From assembly GCF_006345805.1 (NCBI RefSeq), contig NC_042999.1, positions 34,906,001-34,970,000 on the forward strand: 64,000 nucleotides of DNA, read 5' to 3'. Made by a program: the position numbers and the translations under genes. This document shows, in pieces, positions 1 to 11,992 of the stretch (the stretch's first letter is position 1; the number at the start of each line of letters is the position of its first letter). The stretch comes from Octopus sinensis (Eukaryota). The notes beneath the pieces are model-generated. The model was given only the letters and a program-made list of their open reading frames with translations. It searched no databases and was not told where the DNA came from.

Positions 1-843
1 GTTATTTTCTTAACGTTGATCTAATAAGAGTTCTTTCCCAGATAACTAGATCTCCTAGTCATTCCGACCATCCTGTCTTATTTTCTATTTTATTTCCTCT
101 CTCTCAAATCAAAGCTTTTGTCTTCATGATACCTTTATTTATATTGACTTCTATCTTCTGTTGTCTCCTGTTAAATTTTCTGGTTCCAACGAATTTCGCC
201 TAACTCCATTATATTTAATAGAGCGTGTCTACTTTGAAACATTCTGTTCTGTCACTAGATATAGCAGTATTTCGTTTGAAATTTCTAATATCGTCGTTTG
301 TACCTTCTATTTTGTCACTTAAATAGTAACATTTTACAACTATCCTTTGTCAGATCCGTTGTCAGAGTTGTTTTAATTGACTTCGGTCATCTTCCTAGAT
401 TATTATCATATTGTGCCGATGTTTGATAATCCACAATCGCATTATTTCTTCCAATCTTGTTCTGATAAGTGTTATACTTTTACATCTGCCTGCCCAGCAA
501 TTTTTTCTCTAAGATCGTTTCGATTAATGACACTCGCAGGTGTTAGAATCATTCGTTTTTCTATGATATATATATAGTTGTGACAGCGTTTTTACCATTA
601 AGGCGGGGATTTGGGTTTCACTTGACACTTCGTAAATATTCATTAGGTATTCACACATAATTATTTTTCAGTGTCTTCTTCACTTTATATTTTGTTTTGG
701 TTTGTTTTGTTTTGATTTTTTTTTTGTTTTTGTGCTGTGCACTAGCAAACCTACTCGATTTTCTCGTCAATTTATTTTATCTTGCAGAAATATTATTTCC
801 TTCAAACTCAGAATATTTATTCTTTGAGTTAATTATTATTATT

Positions 844-1050
844 ATTACCTCCACCTTAGTGAAGGCGGAAGTATTGCTTTTAGTCGTGTTTGTTTGTTTA
901 GTTGTTTGTCCGTGGACAAGATATCTCAAGAACCGCCTAATGGATTCAAATGAAACTTTCAGGGTCGTTTGGCCTCGTGACTGGAACGAACTGATTAGAT
1001 TTTGGGATCGATCTGGTATTGGACAAAGATTCTGGATTATTTGTTATATT
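844..1050 (+). mobile_element. Non-autonomous Helentron-associated (HINE/DINE-like) repeat fragment
   Basis: Starts TTACCTCCACC..GAAGGCGGAAGTATTG, then a (GTTT)n tract and GATTAGATTTTGGGATCGATCTGG; this layout resembles non-autonomous Helentron-type repeats of many animals. Recognised by eye. Confidence 0.4.
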
Positions 1051-1403
1051 AACTTTACATGAAGTATTACAATCTTCCGTTCACTTTCAAGTCTTTCTCT
1101 GATTATCTCCCTTGAAGCACGCTCATGGTTTCCACGTAAGTTATGGCGACGTTACCATTTCCGAAGTTTTATTTTCGTTTCTCTATTTTTAATTGTACTC
1201 ACGTCTCTATCTTAGTAGAAACAGTTGAATAAAGAAATCAAACTACTTTAACAAACGACAACAAAACCGTTCAGAAATTAAATAACTGGTATATTCAGTA
1301 CAATAATAAATTTAATTTCTCCTAGACAATTTTTAGTTTTACCAATTTTTGATATATCGCGCCTGTTTAAAACCTCTTACCTACTTGACAATTGCATATC
1401 TAG

Positions 1404-1620
1404 CTCTGCTTTGAAAGAAGCTTTAAGTCTTGGGCTCACGTTTTTGTACGCAACGATATTGTTAAACCTCTGTTAACAGCACCGTATTCAGGTCCTTTCT
1501 GTTTTCTCTCACACACGGATAAATTTTTCTCTAGAGCCCTTAAAGGTCGTAAAAATATTATATCAGTGGATAGACTAAAAAATGCCTTCATAGAGGAAAC
1601 TGTTCCCACTGCAGACGATA
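1404..1620 (+). pseudogene. Gypsy/Ty3 LTR-retrotransposon integrase C-terminal (GPY/F module) relic
   Basis: Frame from 1431 reads WAHVFVRNDIVKPLLTAPYSGPFCFLSHTDKFFSRALKGRKNIISVDRLKNAFIE, matching the HVFVR..PYxGP..V.IDRLKPA pattern of Gypsy integrase tails; in-frame stop at 1401. Confidence 0.75.
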
Positions 1621-1689
1621 CACACACAGCACTACAAACAAGGCCCGCACACCTAGCTTCAACAACGACAACAACAACAACAACAACAT

Positions 1690-1840
1690 CTAAATATACC
1701 TTAGGAATGAGAAACCAGGTTCGAAATTTCCCCATGACACCTGATGAAAGCTGGAGGGTATATCAGTCCAAACGTTGAGTTAACATCAAACAAAATGAGG
1801 ACAAATATCCGTCAAATGTAAATAACGTAAATAATCTCTT
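1690..1840 (+). mobile_element. Penelope-like pseudo-LTR relic with degenerate minimal hammerhead motif (1737-1780)
   Basis: ACAC-CTGATGA-AAGCTGG...TCAGTC-CAAA-CGTT-GAGT: hammerhead core order with GAAA changed to CAAA and mismatches in stems I and II. Confidence 0.45.
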
Positions 1841-2121
1841 ATGCTGTTGTTTGTCTTTCCCACTGCCTGGTCTTTCTTTTCCAGTCTTTTTTGGTGATCT
1901 CTTCTACCTCCATTTCTATCACAATATTATTTCTCGACATCTGAAAGTTTCAAGTAACTTTCTATTCCATCGTTTGTTGCGCCTTTGTGCTGATGGGGTG
2001 GTGCGTGATGCATTTTGTTTTTTGGCGAGAAGGATATTCTATTGTAGCAGTACGTTTTGTTATGGAGTTTTGTTTGAGTTGTAAAGTTGTTGTTATTGTT
2101 GTTGTTGTTGTTGTTGTTGTT

Positions 2122-2500
2122 AAGGCAGCGAGCTGGCAGAATCGTTAGCACGCCGGGCGAAATACTAAGTGGTATTTCGTCTGCCGTTACGTTCTGAGTT
2201 CAAATTCCGCCGGGGTCGACTTTGCCTTTCATCCTTTCGGGGGCGATAAATTAAGTACCAGTTACGCACTGGGGTCAATGTAATCGACTTGATCCGTTTG
2301 TCCCTTCTGTGTTTAGCCCCTTATGGATAGTAAGAAATAGGTATTTCGCCCGTCGCTACTTTCGGAGTTCAAATTCCGCCGAGGTCGACCTTGCCTTTCC
2401 TTCTCTCGGGGTCGATAAATTAAGTACCAGTCAAGTACTGGGGTAGATGTATTCGATTGAAATCATTCCCCCAAATCTGAAGCCTTGTGCTTCCAGTAGA
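2122..2500 (+). mobile_element. tRNA-derived SINE (family A) with partial internal duplication
   Basis: A-box-like GAGCTGGCAGAATCGTTAG, B-box GAGTTCAAATTCC, core GTCGACTTTGCCTTTCATCC..GATAAATTAAGTACCAG; B-box and core repeated from about 2340. Confidence 0.85.
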
Positions 2501-2517
2501 CATGATTATTATTATTA

Positions 2518-2568
<51 letters not shown>

Positions 2569-2757
2569 AAAGGCGGCGAGCTGACAGAGTCATCAGCACG
2601 TCAGGCGAAATGCTTAGTGGTGTTTCCACCGAGATCGATTTTGTCTTCCCTCCTTGTGGGGTCGATAAATTAAGTAGCAGTTGAGTACTGGGGTCGACGT
2701 ACTCGACAATAGCCCTCCCCACAAAAATCCAGTCCTTACGCCGATAGTAGAAAGGAT
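2569..2757 (+). mobile_element. tRNA-derived SINE (family A variant) ending in an (ATT)n tail
   Basis: AAGGCGGCGAGCTGACAG head, GGGGTCGATAAATTAAGTAGCAG core, followed by an ATT/GTT array at 2758-2790. Confidence 0.8.
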
Positions 2758-2789
2758 AATTATTATTATTGTTGTTGTTGTTGTTATTT

Positions 2790-5700
2790 TGAAAGACTCA
2801 GATAGTTCTTAATTACCGGTCATTGATTCCCTGAGAGCAAGCAATAACAAATCACCAAATGTTTCAAGTGGTGCCTTCTCCTGTGACTCAAAGAGACAAT
2901 ACTCTCCTTAGAATGCGAGCTGTACCCAACAGTGTTGTCTGCTAGATCACCTCGAGCCTGAGAGCAGCTCTAATATTCTTTAATATGTTTCTCAAAGCCC
3001 TTGGAAACTGCACTCAATGCTCCAATTACCACCGGTTCACCATTACTTTCTTCATGCCCCATAACTTTCCTATCTCGTCCCACAGTGCCTGCTATTTCTC
3101 AATCTTTTCTGTTTCCTTACATTTCACCCTCGAATCGCTTGGTATTGCAACATCTAATATCTTTACTTTTTTTTTCATCTTCTTGGATGAGCACGATATC
3201 TGGTCGTTTCGCGACTTGGTCGCACTGCATGTTAAAATCGCAGAGTATTTTGTAACGTTCGTTTTCCATTACTCCCTCTGACTTATGTTCATACCTTGTT
3301 CGGCTCTCTCGAGATTTGCTTTACCGCACAACCAGTGGACATATGTGGCCACATTTTCGTGTCTCGTTTTGCATTCGCGTTGTGTGAGCTTACAGCACTC
3401 ACTAACAATATAGCTTATACATTCTCCCTTCTCAGATCATACCCTACCCTGTGGTAAGTCAGTGCTTTCATCAATGTGATATTTGGATTAGTTTATTCTG
3501 AGAGCTTGTTCTTGAGCGCTGTTCACTAATGCCTCAGTGGGCCCTTTTAAGTCTCCTTTCTACAGCCATTGTCAAGTTCTATTCCACTCAATCTCATCTT
3601 TATTCTTTAAAAACTGACTCTGCATTTTCTTGTCCTGCCAAATTTTCTTCGTCTGCTCTCTCTTTTGTTTTGCATCTACGGCTTCCTTCACTTTAAAGCT
3701 TCCCTGCATTTTCACTGCTTCAATCATTTCTCGTCTTGACATACCAAGCAAGGCTTTTCTCCTCTTCCCTTACACACCCTTCACAACACACCAATCCCCG
3801 TCCTCCTTCTTTCGTCTTTACGTACGATCTTGACACATCACACTTGGGATGTAGTTCGTTGTTCATTGTCATTAAATTACGTGTTCTCCGGTCTGTCTCT
3901 TCTAATTCATGCTTCTTCCGAGATACTATTCCTATCTCATATCTCATCAAAGCAACCGCCCATGTGTTAACTGCTCTAATCTTATAGCGGTTATTTAGCC
4001 TCGATTGGAGCACAAGCCGAGTTCTCCTCAAATACACTTTCCTGTACACTTCTTTCATCTTGTGTTCATTCATCTTATCTCTTTCAATGATACCTAGGTA
4101 CTTATATCTGCACAGTTGCCGTCAAACTCTCAATTTCTTTGTCAGTCTTAGTGAATAGCTTTAGATCATCATTAAGGAACATGTTGCTTACTTTCACCCT
4201 GCGTAGCATGTACCCCACACGCATCTTTCTTAAAACGCTCGTTAGTGGTAGTATGCAGACAACAAATAGGAGAGAGGACAGACTGTCCTCTTGAAAGATT
4301 CCTCTTTTGATATTTACCTCTCCCAGCTTATCTTCCTATGTTGTGTGTTCAGTTCGCCACGTCAACATTGGGATTTGTATTAACTTCAGAGATCTTAAGC
4401 AGGTTCAGGCATTCAATAACCCACGAGTGTAGGACCATGTCATATGCTTTCCTGTAGTCCATCCATGCCATCGCCAAATTTTGTGATTCTTCTTGCAGTG
4501 AGTCAGAATAGTCTTATCGTTTAGTAATTGGTCCTTCGTTCCTCTCCTCTTACGTCTACACGCTTTTTGTTCCACTGGTAGTAGGTTTATCTCATCTAGG
4601 TACTTATAGATGCTGTTTGATATGATGTCCGTCATCAATTTCCACATCAGTTGCAAATAATATATTGGTCGGAAATTTCCAACCACATTCCCTTTACTTG
4701 GGTCCTTCTGGCTTAGTACCGTTCTTCCTTTTGTCATCCAGGCCGGTACTTGGATGTCGCTATTCAGTATTTCGTCTTGCAGTTCTCCTGTCAAGTTTTT
4801 AAGCCAAAAGCCCCGAACCCCATGTGGGCCAAGCGCTTTCCTGCACTGATCTCTAATCATCTCCTCGGTTATTCTCAAATCTTCCTGCTGATACCCTCCA
4901 CTCTCCTCTTTGAGTCTCTTTAACCACTCTGCTTCAGTTTCCAGTTGTTTCTCCTGAGAAACAACTGGACGCAATACTGTACGCAATATTCCTTCGACCA
5001 GAATCTTTTGCTCTCTTCAGCATCAGGCACGGGCCTTTCCCCCTTTTTCTTTCCCATCCAGTTCCTGATAGACTTGTTTTTGATTTTGTTCGAAAAGTCT
5101 GTTTAATTCGTACTGCTCAATTCTCTGTTCATATCTCTTTAGTTTATGTGTCTTAGCTTTCAACCTCTGTTTTAATCCCTTGATCACAACATTGATTCCC
5201 TTTCTCTTCACCCTATACTTCCTTTGTAGCTCAGCATATTTCTCTCGCTGAACTTCATTTCTTTTTTTCTGTTTCCGAATATTAATGTTTTCTGGTCTCG
5301 TTAATGGACTGCGTTATTCTCCTTTACCACCATGGTTCTTTCAGGTTATGTTGACATTTACTTTGGCTTTCAAACCAAACTTCCGGGCTATAAAGATCGA
5401 GATTACATTTACCAGATTGTTGGTATCTGTGATGTTGCCAGTCCTGATATCATTTATCTTCCTGACCTTATTTATTGAGTTTCTTTCTGTCTACTTTTTA
5501 AACCCTGTATGAAAGCTCTGTTCACCTGAAGTCCAAATATCAATAATTTTCATTTAAAATGAATATCTGTTCCTCGGTTCTCTCATCGCTTTCCTGATCG
5601 ATAATCTCAGCCTCATCTCGTTTTCTTCCTTCAACTCTACTGCCATACTTTCACAATCTGCATTTTCCTCCTCCTACTGTTCACCGTTTGTCTTACTATC

Positions 5701-6108
5701 TCTAAACACCCGTCTCTTAATGCTTTCTAGTTCAACTGGAGATAACCATTCATTCTTTCTGATGGCTCTAGCTTGGTCACACAGATTTATTCACTTAATT
5801 AAAATAGGCCTCTGTCGCCCCGTACCTTGTGCATTCTTTTTCTATATCCCCCAGCAAGGTTCTTCATTATTGTTTCTTGGATTACCCAGAAAGTAGCACA
5901 ATCACATTAATTTCTTTTGTCCACCTTCTTTTAGCAGTTGCTTGATGACGACTCGGCCCACGCTGCCCAGCCATAGAGCACCAGCCGAGCGAGAGACCTT
6001 CACAGGGTGTTCCAGCCTCATTCACGCCTTTCTCAGTTCTATTTTTATTTAACATTTCAGCACACATGATGAGAGTCAGTGATTTTTAAGTTGCACAACA
6101 GCCAGTAT
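2790..6108 (-). mobile_element. Near full-length, disabled Dong/R4-clade non-LTR retrotransposon (RT plus restriction-like endonuclease)
   Basis: Broken ORF from ATG 6067 to stop 2888-2890: ATAKRRWTKEIN, KLKRYEQRIEQY, NFRPI..WKL..EQKACRR..GTKDQLL (RT), NMFLNDDLK (degenerate YMDD, about 4170), RYKIRAVNTWAVALMRY, RPDIV..KILDVAIP (PD-D/E nuclease), LLGTARILRRVL. Flanked by TAA/TTA arrays, the known Dong target. Many stops and frameshifts. Confidence 0.92.
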
Positions 6109-6133
6109 GATTATTATTATTATTATTATTATT

Positions 6134-6794
6134 GAGTGAGCGAGCAGAGCATGCCATCAAAGTGACACTGGGGTAAAATATACGAAGCCCAGTATACCCA
6201 TCATAACTACCCGTCTGATAAGGGTACACCAGGCACATGCATCACAACCATATGTGCGCGACATGGTGATCTCATATCAAGATAAACAGCACATGACCTT
6301 GCAGGTGGAGCCCAGTTAGAATTTTCTTCAGATCGAGTAACCCATCCCGCTCAAAAGGTCCCCGAATAAGGGTTGTTTAAGGACGTTGAACGAAACACCC
6401 ATGTTTCCAGAGGTGAATTATTCAAACCCCAAAGAATCCTTCTCAACACATGGCTATGATGCTCCCCCACTACTTCTGCTCGTGATCAGAGATGCACATA
6501 TTGTCAGCCACTAAGGGACATGCTCAACTGGTTAAGGTCAAACAACTGACAAGCAAATCTGTGGTATTGAGCAGAATATTTGCTGTAGCCCATCTTTTAT
6601 ACCAAGACAAAACAATGTACATGATAACACTTCCAATCAGTTAAGATCAGAAGCCATGAGAGCCACTGCCTGGTACTGCATCAGGGCATTTATACTGCAT
6701 CAGGGCATTGGTACTGCATCAGGGCATTGGTACTGCATCAGGGCATTGGTACTGCATCAGGGCATTGGTACTGCATCAGGGCATTGGTACTGCA

Positions 6795-6795
<1 letters not shown>
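6134..6795. mobile_element. Non-coding interspersed repeat embedded in (TTA)n arrays, possibly a Dong-mobilised non-autonomous element
   Basis: About 660 bp with no meaningful ORF, bounded on both sides by (TTA)n, next to the Dong 5' end. Confidence 0.55.
6672..6795 (+). repeat. 19-bp tandem repeat, 6.5 copies
   Basis: Unit GGTACTGCATCAGGGCATT x6 (second copy begins TA) plus a 10-nt partial copy running into (TAT)n. Confidence 0.95.
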
Positions 6796-6852
<57 letters not shown>

Positions 6853-6970
6853 GTTATTATTATTATTATATAGAGAGATAGATAGATAAATAGATAGATA
6901 GATATGTGTGTGTGTATTTCTGTGTCTGTGTTTGTTCCACCACCACCACCACTGCTTGATATTTATATAT

Positions 6971-7015
<45 letters not shown>

Positions 7016-7032
7016 TATATGTGTGTGTGTGT
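6796..7032. repeat. Compound microsatellite (TAT)n/(GATA)n/(TA)n/(GT)n
   Basis: Directly visible. Confidence 0.9.
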
Positions 7033-8203
7033 CATATGCCACAATTTCCAACATACCTAATAATATGGGTTACTAATATTAAAACGATCTACTAATCATT
7101 AAAGTTGGCAATACTGTACGCAATATTCCTTCCAAATATAACAAAAAATATCTAACAAGGTGAGTGATTATGGCACGAACCCAATGTGTAGTAATAATCT
7201 TAATAGGAATCGTATCATTATTACTAACTGTAGCTACGATAAACCTGCTAACCATTGTGAGCAATGATGGCGGTGTGAACCTGAATTTCATTTCAAGCAG
7301 TATTATTTATTTATTTTAGAAATGTCGAAAACTTTATAATATGTCTGTGTTTCCTTCGGTTTCTAGGACCGTTCATCTACTTGTACGCTTTTGTTCATTT
7401 TAATAATGATAATTCCTGAGAGCTATTTCACTTAGCTTTAGTCAAGGACTCCGGATCATTAGCTTTTACAATTCTTATCCTTCTACTTAATATTGTTGTC
7501 CACAATATGACTAACTTTTAGTATCTTTCCTCAATAGTTTCACCTCAATATCTTGATTTTGTACATTTCGCCGAAGCATATTTTGTAATATTTGTTATTG
7601 AATTTTATACTTTACATTTCATTTTTTCATCCTGCATTCATACTTTTTTCATTTTCTCATGATTCTGCCAATTTATTTCTTTTCTCTGCACACACACACA
7701 CACACATACACCACGTATGGTATTTAGTCATGTGATATAACTTTTAATAACTAACCGTACTTCCTTTACGTTCAACGACCTTTGACAATACATACGTCTG
7801 TGAGTATGTCAGAGTGTCTGTGTGTATATGTGTGTATATAAATGCACATATTTATGTTGGCATCTTGCGTTCTTCTGCGCCAGAATGTTTTCCTTTGAGT
7901 ATGGACATATTTATGCTTGTATTTATTATATGCAAATGTGCACACAAATCATTCTTTCTAGAATTTATTTTAGTTTGATTTATATTATTTCTGTTACTCT
8001 TTTATACTAATCTTTTTATTTTGTAGGCTTTTTAAATTCTTTCTCCGAACACTTACACACATATAACCTTATATGAGTTCACTTTTATTACTTTCACACA
8101 TAGTAACTTGTTTTATTTAATTCTTTTAATATCTTACTGTAATTTTATTGCGTTCAACGACTTTGAATATTGTGTGTGTATGGAAGCTTTGAGATTTGTG
8201 TAG

Positions 8204-8236
<33 letters not shown>

Positions 8237-8239
<3 letters not shown>

Positions 8240-8395
8240 CTTTACTACCCACAAGGGGCTAAACATAGAGGGGACAAACTAGGACGGACAAAGAGATTAA
8301 GTCGATTACATCGACTCCAGTGCGTAAGTAGTACTTAATTTATCGACCCCGAAAGGATGAAAAGCAAAGTCGACCTCGGCGGAATTTGAACTCGG

Positions 8396-8396
<1 letters not shown>
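8237..8396 (-). mobile_element. SINE family A, 5'-truncated
   Basis: Reverse complement of the B-box and core (GAAAAGCAAAGTCGACCTCGGCGGAATTTGAACTC). Confidence 0.8.
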
Positions 8397-8448
<52 letters not shown>

Positions 8449-8450
<2 letters not shown>

Positions 8451-8615
8451 TGCACGTGTGACTCTGTGGTAAGAAGTTTACTTCCCAACCACATGGTTCC
8501 CTGTTCACTTCCACTGCGTGGCACCGATGGCAAGTGCCTTCTACTATAACCCCAATGCGGACCAAAACCTTGAGTGGATTTCGTGGACAGAAACTGAAAG
8601 AAACCCATTGTAAAT
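8449..8615 (+). mobile_element. tRNA-derived SINE family D, 5' half
   Basis: GTGGTAAGAAGTTTACTTCCCAACCACATGGTTCC..CTGCGTGGCACC..GGAAACTGAAAGAA-like segment, homologous to the full copy at 59225-59690. Confidence 0.8.
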
Positions 8616-8631
8616 GTGTGTGTGTGTGTGT

Positions 8632-8667
<36 letters not shown>

Positions 8668-9063
8668 GTGTGTGGCCACAGAATAATAGCAGATTGTTAA
8701 AAAAATTAATACTGGGGTCAAGCTGTTCGAGTAGATCTTTCACGGCCATGCCACAGCAAAAACGCAAAAGTGTACTTGAATGGCAAGAAATTTGATCAGA
8801 GAATTTGTGTTTAACCTAAAACAATTATAACTTGGAATACACATATTAACCATTTAAAAAACAAGAACTCTTAGCCTCATTTAAATGTTGAATACCTGGT
8901 GTCAAAATATCCATCGTACTAACTTCGACGTGGTTGCTCACAGAGTCTCATAGTAAAGTTGTATCAGTGATCGAGCGACAGTTAGTGCGACATAACGTTG
9001 TTTAATGAAATTGAGTTTTTGTTTTTGAAGGGTTGATATATGCCCTGCACATTGTAACATATA

Positions 9064-10224
9064 CAGAGGTTGGACAAAATAATGGAAACACCAAGCATCA
9101 TAGCATTATAATTTTGAAATATCTATAAAAGTGTTAAAAGCTTGGTTATTTTTATGTTTCTTTTATTTATTTTTAGTGTTGCTTAATATGTTTGGCTAAA
9201 ATTGCTGTTTCTTTTCATGTATCATCAGGAAAAGGTAATTAAAATTCATTAAAATGACAGATCTATCGGACTCTCAAAGAGGTCAAATTGTTGCTGCTCG
9301 TATGGCAGGCGCTGCGTAACGAAAACAACCGAAATATTTGGTGTATCAAGAGGTACTGTCTCGAAGGTTATGGCAGCCTTTGAGAAAGAGGGAAAAACCT
9401 CCTCGTCGAAACAATATTCCTCGAGAACCCAGTTTCCACAAAAACTGTTCGCTCACTGAGAGCGATTTCACGTCGGATTTCACGGGAAGGCTTCTATCAA
9501 AAAACCACTACTTTTAAAAACAAACGTTGCAAAGCGTTTAGAGTGGAGTAAAAACCTACAGAATTTACCCCTAGAGTAGTGAAGAATGTTATTTTCTCGG
9601 ACGAGTCATCTTTTACCTTATTTCCACTGGCCGAGTATACGTGTGGAGACTGCCAAATGAAGCATTTGACTCAGACTGCTTTCTTCCGGCTGTTAAACAT
9701 GGACAAGTATCTGGTCTGGTGGAGGCTATATCTTGGAAATCCGCTGGGCCAATGCTTTCTCTTCGTGGTAGAATTAATAGTCAAGACTATTTAAGCATTT
9801 TACCTAATTAAATTCAACCTCTGGTTGCGGAACTGTTGCCGGAGGGAAACGCAATCTTTCAGGATGATAAAGCACCAATTACCACAGCTACGGTTGTTAC
9901 TGAATGGCACGATGAACATTGTAGTGAAGTTAAACAGCTTACCTGGTCACTACAGTCCCCAGATCTCAATATTATTGAACATTTATGGTGCGTTTTAGAA
10001 AAACATGTAAGGAGTCCATATCCTCCCACCATCATCACTACAAGAACTGGAGACTGTTTTAGCTGAAGAATGGACAAACATCCCTTTGGAAACAATTCAA
10101 TTTTTGTACGTATCCATACCTGGTAGAATTCAAGCTGTAATTACTGCCACAGACGGTCCTGCCCAGTACTAAAATAAATTTGTTTGAAAGCTAAAGGTGT
10201 TTCTATTATTTTGTCGAATTCCTG
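9064..10224 (+). mobile_element. Tc1 (DD34E) DNA transposon, both TIRs, decayed transposase
   Basis: TA-flanked TIRs CAGAGGTTGGACAAAATAATGGAAACACC / GGTGTTTCTATTATTTTGTCGAATTCCTG; ATG 9254 MTDLSDSQRGQIV; VIFSDES, IFQDDKAP, SPDLNIIEHLW motifs. Confidence 0.92.
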
Positions 10225-11134
10225 TATATATATTGTTTTGTTGTTGCATATTTTACCTTGATAATAACCTATCACATCACATAAAGTCAAAGGGCGTTCT
10301 TAAAAAGAAAACCACTTTTTAAACGCGCGATTATTTTGCACATTTCATCGTTCAAGTTCAACCTGTATAGAATGCTATATTTTCTGTTTATCATCATTTA
10401 CTTATGACAAGCCATTAACTACCAAATCTTTATCCACCTCAATGCATTATACTGACTGGTGTTAACTATTAAAATTACTCTTACTCTGAACTGGATTTTG
10501 CACATTTCCTTATTGCATAGAGCAGAAAGTGAGCACACACACACACACACCCTTACACTCATGCATATATGCACAAAAAAATATACTCATATTCACATTA
10601 CAAGTGTATTTAAGAAACTATTGTAATTTCTTTCAAACTCTAGGTAATTTAAAATTAATCCTTAATGAGGTCTTCTCTCGTGGGAAATTACTCTTAATCG
10701 AAGTTTTTGTTAGGGTTCTTCAATCGTATTCATTTCATATTAACAATACTTGAAAAGTCTCACAAGCATTCATTGTCAGTAAACGCTATCACATACTAGC
10801 AAAACTAAGTCCCAATGTGTGAATAGGTAATTATAAAAATATTACTTCTATTGGAAACATTTTTATTTAACGGGCTTTTCTTTTATTAAACGAATTTTCA
10901 TTAGCATCTCAAATTGTGGTGACTTTTCCTTACATACTTTTACTATGCCACGTTTTCCAATTTAATTCAACTTTTACTATTCCACGTTCTCCAATTTAAT
11001 TCAACGTAAGAAAATATGTGTGTGGGTGTGTATATGCGTATGCATTTATATAAGCACACTTATGCACATACAAACGCACAGACTCACACACACGTGTGTG
11101 TGTTTGTGTGTGTGTGCGTGTGTGTGTGTGCGTG

Positions 11135-11167
<33 letters not shown>

Positions 11168-11203
11168 TGTGTGTATGTGTGCGTGTCTCTGTGTGTGTAC
11201 ACA

Positions 11204-11810
11204 CGAGGGTGGGCTGAAAAGTTCATAGGCTGACTATGAAGGAGCAATGCTAGAGCTATAAAACCTTGCATGTGTTAAACTTAACTCTTCTTATTAATAG
11301 CTGCATTTTTCTGTCCAGATAAACTGACATGTCACTGTTTAATGAACACTTCAAATTTAACTAGTAGCGACTTCTCTTGAAAGAAGACAAAATTTGGCAT
11401 CGTAGTGTTAAGAAGTACCTACAGAAACATGGTTTAAGAACGGAGCGTTTTGAAGATGACCCAACATCTGGACGTCTTGCAACTCCCACCACCAAGAAAA
11501 ACGTTGATCTTGTTCACCAGATGGTGATGGACAACAGGCAAGTGACAATAAATCTATTAGCATATCCCGTGAAAGAGTTGAAAATATTCTGCACAATGAA
11601 CTTGACATGACGAAGGTTTCTGCTCCTTGGATGCCATATCTCTTGACACCTGATCAAAAGCACACCAGATTCATCAGATCACAGGAATATCTCATTGTCT
11701 GAGACATATCCAGGTTTCCTTGACTCTGTCCTAAACCAGGATGACTGTTGGGTTAATCATTTTGAATCAGAGATACAGTGACAATCCAGACAGTAGAAAT
11801 ACTCCTTCTT
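11204..11810 (+). mobile_element. mariner transposon, 5' half
   Basis: CGAGGG-type TIR start; IWHRSVKKYLQKHGL, FEDDPTSGR, RERVENILHNELDMTKVSAPWMP (WVP-like) across frameshifts. Confidence 0.85.
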
Positions 11811-11992
11811 GCGTACTCCCAAAAATCTTACATAGATTATAGCCTTATATTTAATTGATAATCAACGGCAGCATTCGTCCTATTTTCCTGGACTGCCAGG
11901 TTAGCTTAGAGATAACTATTAATTGATATATATATGTGTGTGTGTGTGCGTGTGTGTGTGTATGTGTGTGTGTGTGTGTATGTATATATATA

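Noticed and set aside
1-660. Possible Penelope 5' region on the minus strand with CTAATGA...GAAA at about 610-650
   Set aside because: Stem II does not pair and no protein motif survives; too decayed to call.
6672-6795. CRISPR-like appearance of the 19-bp repeats
   Set aside because: Repeats are contiguous with no spacers, context is eukaryotic and no cas genes are present.
7090-7320. Hydrophobic plus-strand frame (possible GPCR relic) and perfect donor CAAG|GTGAGT at 7159
   Set aside because: In-frame stops, weak acceptor and no diagnostic motif; could equally be antisense of a decayed retroelement.
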